Below, piece by piece: positions 7,386 to 11,009 of a stretch of 11,009 nucleotides of DNA. Each line of letters starts with the position of its first letter. The stretch's first letter is position 1. The notes below the pieces were generated by a model, which was not told the origin of the DNA, did not search any database, and worked only from the letters and a program-made list of their open reading frames with translations. The position numbers and the translations under genes were made by a program. Source of the DNA: Vulcanimicrobiota bacterium (lineage in GTDB: Bacteria > Vulcanimicrobiota > Vulcanimicrobiia > Vulcanimicrobiales > Vulcanimicrobiaceae); the NCBI GenBank assembly GCA_003135555.1, contig PLCF01000038.1:7294-18302 (forward strand), written 5' to 3'.

Positions 7386-8188
7386 CGTTCATCCTGCCGG
7401 CTCCCGCGCGCGGTGCCGAGCTCAATCCGAACGGTGCGGCGCCCGAGAACGAACTGCAGGCGGAGATGCGCCATATCGTCGAGGGCTTGTACGGTCCGCC
7501 GATGCGTCAGCTGCCGGGTCTCGACATCGGCCGCGCCTATCGCGGCGCCTTCGACGAATCCCGTTACGGCGGCGACATGGTCGACGTCTTCCACTATGGC
7601 GACGGTTGCACGTCACTCGCCGTGGTCGACATCTCAGGACACGGGATCCGGGCGGCAACCAACGCCGCCCTCGCGAAGTACGCTTTGCGCGCCTACGCGT
7701 CGCGTGGCCTCGACGCCCGGGACTCCGTCCGCGCGCTGAACCGGCTGTGCATCGAGACCAGCGCGTTCGAAGGGGACGAGGAGTTCTTCGCCACGCTGTT
7801 CTTCGCGATCATCCATTCGGACCGGACCACCATGCAGTACGTCTCGGCCGGCCACGAAGCAGCCTGCGTGGTCGGGCCCCAGCGGACGCAGATGCTCGCA
7901 GCCACCGGACCCATCATCGGGCTCATGGACCATGACGCCGCGTTCGATCACGGCGTCGTGCGGCTGACCGCCGGCAACATCCTCGCCGCGGTCACGGACG
8001 GATTCTCCGAGGCGCGCAACGCAAACTTGGAGTTTCTCGGCGCCGAGGCGCTGGTGGACGTCGTAGTGCGACATCGCGCCTTCGGAGCAGAACGGCAAGC
8101 CGAAGCGCTCACGCGGCGTGCGTACGAATACGCCAGCGAGCGACTCCACGACGATGTCGCCGCACTCGTGGTGAAGGTCGCGTCCTAG
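7382..8188 (+). CDS. Stand-alone PP2C-family Ser/Thr phosphatase (SpoIIE/RsbU-like)
   Basis: Motifs YGGDMVD, VVDISGHG, FATLF, YVSAGHE, VTDGFSEARN and HDDVAALV, with the metal-binding Asp residues present. ATGA overlap with the crp stop (7382-7385). Confidence 0.92.
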   Translation: MTFILPAPARGAELNPNGAAPENELQAEMRHIVEGLYGPPMRQLPGLDIGRAYRGAFDESRYGGDMVDVFHYGDGCTSLAVVDISGHGIRAATNAALAKYALRAYASRGLDARDSVRALNRLCIETSAFEGDEEFFATLFFAIIHSDRTTMQYVSAGHEAACVVGPQRTQMLAATGPIIGLMDHDAAFDHGVVRLTAGNILAAVTDGFSEARNANLEFLGAEALVDVVVRHRAFGAERQAEALTRRAYEYASERLHDDVAALVVKVAS

Positions 8189-8241
8189 CCGCAGCCGCCC
8201 CAGGAGCTTCGCGGCCTCCGACTAATGCGCACCGGCCAGAC

Positions 8242-9132
8242 ATGCATGGCGGTAGGCAATCGTCCCGAGTGTCGGCATTCATCGCCGCGTTCGTTTTGAC
8301 GAACGGCGCCCTCGCACCAGCGCAGACGGCCCCCTGCGTTTCACCGGCCGCGGTCACACTCGCCGACCGGCCCGGTACGGGGCGGACGACGAGCACGGGC
8401 GGTTCGCCGTGCGTCGCGCCGCCCGGCGAGCTCGTGGTCGAAAGCGGATGGCGCCGCCAGATCACCGCTGACCCGGGTACCGTGACGTTGGCGAGCGGGC
8501 CGCTGCTGTTCGTGCGGTTCGGCGTGGCGAAGCGCCTCGAGCTCGGCGTCGCGCCGCCTGCACGACAGTCGCGCCTGGCCGCCCCGACCGCGAGCCTGGA
8601 CACCGCGCGCGGCGCGGCCGATCCGGTCGTCGCCCTGAAATACCTCGTCGCCGATACCGGCACCACTCAGGCCTCGGCCGGCCTCGCGTATTCGCCGCCG
8701 AACGGTACGGGCGAGTTCACCAACGGCATCCCGACCTACGCCGCGAGCTTCAACGTCGGGACCGCGCTGACGTCGCGTCTGTCGGTCGCGACCAGCCTGG
8801 TCGCGGCGACCGCGGCGGGCGCCGATGCGAGTGGCAAGACACGCTCGTACGTCGTGTTCGCACCGTCGTTCACGCTCGCGTATGCAATCGATTCGATGGA
8901 CACGGTGTTGGTGCAAGACGCCTTCGTGTCGCGCCAAGGTCCGCTGCTACCGTCGGGAAGCCGCGGCTTCATAGCCGTCCAGCGCGCGATCGGAAGCCGG
9001 CTTGCGATCGACGTCGACTACGAACGCAACCTCGCGCCGCTGCTGGGGAGGCGCGCTGAAGCCGTCGGTTTCGGCTTCGTCTGGATCGCCGCGCCGGGCC
9101 GCAAGGGCCCCGCGCTCACGGGGCCCCCTTGA
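8242..9132 (+). CDS. Exported protein, probable outer-membrane beta-barrel channel (MetA-pathway of phenol degradation / 'transporter' family-like)
   Basis: Signal-peptide-like N-terminus (RVSAFIAAFVLTNGALAPA). DRPG...SPCVAPPGELVVESG, RFGVAKRLELGV, DPVVALKY and PNGTGEFT segments, and alternating amphipathic strands up to VGFGFVW, resemble this family. The start could instead be GTG 8269. Confidence 0.7.
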   Translation: MHGGRQSSRVSAFIAAFVLTNGALAPAQTAPCVSPAAVTLADRPGTGRTTSTGGSPCVAPPGELVVESGWRRQITADPGTVTLASGPLLFVRFGVAKRLELGVAPPARQSRLAAPTASLDTARGAADPVVALKYLVADTGTTQASAGLAYSPPNGTGEFTNGIPTYAASFNVGTALTSRLSVATSLVAATAAGADASGKTRSYVVFAPSFTLAYAIDSMDTVLVQDAFVSRQGPLLPSGSRGFIAVQRAIGSRLAIDVDYERNLAPLLGRRAEAVGFGFVWIAAPGRKGPALTGPP

Positions 9133-9133
9133 C

Positions 9134-9247
9134 TCAGGCCTGACGGAGCGACCGAATGATCTGAAGCGTGACGAGCGAGTTCTGCGGGATGGTCACGTTT
9201 TGCCGAGCGTTCCTCGCGACCAGGTAGCCGCCGATCAGTCCGAGCGC
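9134..9247 (-). pseudogene. 3'-terminal remnant of a gene (ALGLIGGYLVARNARQNVTIPQNSLVTLQIIRSLRQA*)
   Basis: Protein-like 37 codons (31/37 end in G/C) ending at TGA 9136..9134, with a glycine-zipper-like GLIGGYLVA segment. There is no ATG or RBS, and the frame is closed by TGA at 9310..9308. Confidence 0.5.
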
Positions 9248-9365
9248 CGGAACTGGGATCACCCGAGACTTCACGCCGTCGGTGGATCCTGGATACCGCG
9301 GCGGCGCTCAGTGCGCCGTGCAGTCGGTTACGTTCAGCGACGGATCGATCTGGCAGCGAATCTGA
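9243..9365 (+). pseudogene. 3'-terminal remnant of a gene (SAGTGITRDFTPSVDPGYRGGAQCAVQSVTFSDGSIWQRI*)
   Basis: 40 protein-like codons ending at TGA 9363-9365. The C-x-V-x-x-V-x-F-x-DG-x-x-W terminus resembles small secreted beta-rich proteins (from memory, not searched). An in-frame TAG lies upstream at 9225-9227. Confidence 0.5.
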
Positions 9366-9372
9366 CGGCAAC

Positions 9373-9408
9373 CGCCAGGGCCGCCGGTGCGGGGCGGCGG
9401 CCATGGCG
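9373..9408. terminator. GC-rich hairpin between convergent gene ends
   Basis: CGCCA-G-GGCCGCCG-(GTGCGGGG loop)-CGGCGGCC-A-TGGCG gives 13 bp with one mismatch, followed by the palindrome GCGCGCCGGCGCGC (9412-9425). There is no U-tract. Confidence 0.4.
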
Positions 9409-9429
9409 CTCGCGCGCCGGCGCGCCGCG

Positions 9430-10209
9430 CTATTCGAAGAAGATCGTCAAGACCGCGACGTCATCGGGATGCTGCTGTTCTTCTTGGAGGACGCTCTCGA
9501 CAATGAACCTCGCCGGGTGCTGAGCCTTCGTATTGACAGCGTCGCGCGCGGCTCCCAGCAACCGCGCCTCGCCTTCTTCGACGTCGTGACTGAATTCTAT
9601 GAGGCCGTCCGTGTACAAGACCAGCAGGGTCCCGGATTCGTAAATGAACTCATGCTCTCGGATGAGGTCGGGCAAGTTGAGCTCGACGCCGAGCGGAAAG
9701 CCGTGATTCGGCAGAATGCGCGGCTGCTCGCCGGCTTTCGCCAGGATCGGCGGATGATGACCTGCAGAGGCGTACGTCACCTTGCGACTCGTCGTATCGA
9801 TGACGCCGTAGATGGCCGTCGTGAACTCGACCTGATGGTTGTTGAGGAAGATGACCTTGTTGGTTTGCTCCAACACCGCGATCGGCATGGGGTCGTTGAT
9901 CTGAAGCGATGCCGCGACCTTGATCGCCTGTTTCGCCTGTCCCATTTTGACCGCCGCGCGGAGACCCCGGCCGCACACATCGCCGAGGGAAAAAGCAACC
10001 CGCCCGTCAGGCAAGGTGAAGATGTCGTACCAGTCGCCGCCGAGGTGCTCGATTGCGGCCGCCGGCTGGTAGAGGACGTCGAACGCGAGCCCATCCACGA
10101 TCGGAAAGTCACCCGCAAGGAACCCCTCCATGAGGGCGTCCACCGTTGCTTGCTTTGCCGCAAGTTCCAGCTGTAGCTGTTCGATAGTGGCCAATTCGCC
10201 CACCGTCAC
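9430..10209 (-). CDS. Stand-alone PP2C-family Ser/Thr phosphatase (SpoIIE/RsbU-like) with a short N-terminal coiled coil
   Basis: Motifs LGGDWYD, SLGDVCGRG, FTTAIYG, YASAGHHPP, GFPLGV, LYTDGLIE and PDDVAVL. The N-terminus ELATIEQLQLELAAKQATVDAL is helical. Confidence 0.93.
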   Translation of the reverse strand: MTVGELATIEQLQLELAAKQATVDALMEGFLAGDFPIVDGLAFDVLYQPAAAIEHLGGDWYDIFTLPDGRVAFSLGDVCGRGLRAAVKMGQAKQAIKVAASLQINDPMPIAVLEQTNKVIFLNNHQVEFTTAIYGVIDTTSRKVTYASAGHHPPILAKAGEQPRILPNHGFPLGVELNLPDLIREHEFIYESGTLLVLYTDGLIEFSHDVEEGEARLLGAARDAVNTKAQHPARFIVESVLQEEQQHPDDVAVLTIFFE

Positions 10210-10224
10210 ACGATAAGTCTAGCA
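10210..10224 (-). promoter_or_regulatory. Extended -10 (TGnTAGACT) 6 nt upstream of the GTG start (probable leaderless transcript)
   Basis: The minus strand reads TG-C-TAGACT-TATCGT-GTG(10209), with no Shine-Dalgarno. Confidence 0.55.
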
Positions 10225-10353
10225 GATCGTCGGGGACGCGTCGAACTTGCTACCAGCGTAAAGCCAGGCACCTCTCCTCCCCGCGCGACGAAACGCGCTC
10301 GGATACACAGCCAAACATGTCCGCGCGGATTTGCTGTTTTCCAAAACGGCCGT

Positions 10354-10379
10354 GGAAACGCTGAACGCGGGTCCTCGTC
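10354..10379 (+). promoter_or_regulatory. Putative ECF sigma factor promoter (GGAAAC-N16-CGTC)
   Basis: GGAAAC 10354-10359, a 16-nt spacer, and CGTC 10376-10379. This fits the AAC-N16-CGT architecture of ECF promoters such as B. subtilis SigW/SigM, and lies about 90 nt upstream of a secreted-protein gene. Confidence 0.45.
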
Positions 10380-10467
10380 GCTGCAACCCAGAAGTGCCGC
10401 GGGCATGCGAGGGTGGCCCTCGTCGCGAGAGCAGCCCTTCCGGCCCAGTTTCGAGCGGAGGATCGAC

Positions 10468-11009
10468 ATGTACGAAAAGCACGCGCGCGCCATCGCCGTC
10501 GTCGCCCTGGCACTGTTGCCGCTCGCGGCCGCCGCCGACGCCCCTTCCGCCGCGACGCCGCTGAAAATCGAACGTTTCACGCCGGTGCAGCTCACCAGCA
10601 TGCGCGGTTCCACGGTCCTCATACTGCAGACCGGACGCACGGTCTCGCTCCAAACCCTACGGGTCGAACACGCGGCAAGGCTGGCGCGCTTCGCCAACGC
10701 AGGCGTACTTGCGCAGCAACTGCGCGGGAAAATGAGCGGCTCTTCCGCTCCGGGCTACGTCATGGTTCCGATGAAGCTCGATCCGCACGGTGCAGCCGAT
10801 TACCAAGCGTTCTGCGGGACCGTCGTTGCCAGCGGCTGCCTCTATTTCCCCGGACCGACCGGATACTTCTCGCACCTTCCGGGACAAGATCAGAACCTGC
10901 TGTTCGACTACGATCCGCTCATCACGGACCCGGGCGTGTGCAAGTCACAAGGCGGCATCATTCAGACGAACAATTCGCCGGCGGGCTGCGCCTACGGATA
11001 CCCGTACAC
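10468..11009 (+). CDS. Secreted hypothetical protein (3' end truncated by the window edge)
   Basis: Absent from the ORF track because it has no stop in the window. GGAGG at 10457-10461 precedes ATG 10468. The frame is open for 180 codons: MYEKHARAIAVVALALLPLAAAA-DAPSAATPLKIERF...DYQAFCGTVVASGCLYFPG...DYDPLITDPGVCKSQGG...AGCAYGYPY, with a Sec signal peptide and AxA cleavage site. Confidence 0.85.
   Translation, partial: MYEKHARAIAVVALALLPLAAAADAPSAATPLKIERFTPVQLTSMRGSTVLILQTGRTVSLQTLRVEHAARLARFANAGVLAQQLRGKMSGSSAPGYVMVPMKLDPHGAADYQAFCGTVVASGCLYFPGPTGYFSHLPGQDQNLLFDYDPLITDPGVCKSQGGIIQTNNSPAGCAYGYPY

Noticed and set aside
9002..9523. ORF-track calls 9002..9523 (+) and 9018..9404 (-) as genes filling the gap
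   Set aside because: They overlap real neighbours, have low-complexity Arg/Ala/Pro composition and lack an RBS. The two short remnant frames are more protein-like.
10345..10446. Riboswitch (c-di-GMP-I/II, c-di-AMP, cobalamin), SRP or 6S RNA
   Set aside because: Only isolated words match (GGAAAC, TGCAACC, CGCTGAA). The order and spacing of conserved elements do not fit any of these families as I know them.
10206..10887. ORFs 10206..10697, 10219..10653, 10250..10513, 10657..10887 (-) and 10331..10564 (+)
   Set aside because: Antisense or off-frame to the SD-led secreted protein gene starting at 10468, and they cross promoter-like elements.
1..11009. Mobile elements, CRISPR arrays, tRNA/rRNA, defence or toxin systems
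   Set aside because: I saw no transposase or integrase motifs, regularly spaced repeats or RNA-gene signatures.

Overview
High-GC bacterial chromosomal window with seven protein-coding genes plus one gene cut off at the right edge. I found no rRNA, tRNA, CRISPR array or transposase. On the minus strand, left to right: pyruvate phosphate dikinase (ppdK, running off the left edge), a DUF2086/Oxygenase-NA-type 2OG-Fe(II) dioxygenase, and an AcrB-family RND permease with no adjacent adaptor or outer-membrane factor. Divergently on the plus strand: a Crp/Fnr regulator translationally coupled to a stand-alone SpoIIE/RsbU-type PP2C phosphatase, followed by a probable outer-membrane channel protein (MetA-pathway/phenol-degradation-like). 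Next come a convergent second stand-alone PP2C phosphatase (minus) and a secreted protein with four Cys that runs off the right edge (plus). The most interesting signals lie between genes: (i) an apparent deletion scar at about 9245 joining the 3' ends of two divergent genes; (ii) an exact Ada-box-like AAT-N6-GCAA within three GCAA boxes at 11-bp spacing upstream of the dioxygenase; (iii) two probable leaderless genes; (iv) an ECF-sigma-type promoter before the secreted protein; (v) an unresolved ppdK start. The best candidate for an undescribed system is the Crp + sensorless PP2C (x2) + outer-membrane channel + orphan RND module, but that grouping is inference and needs synteny data. All family calls come from motif recognition, not database searches.
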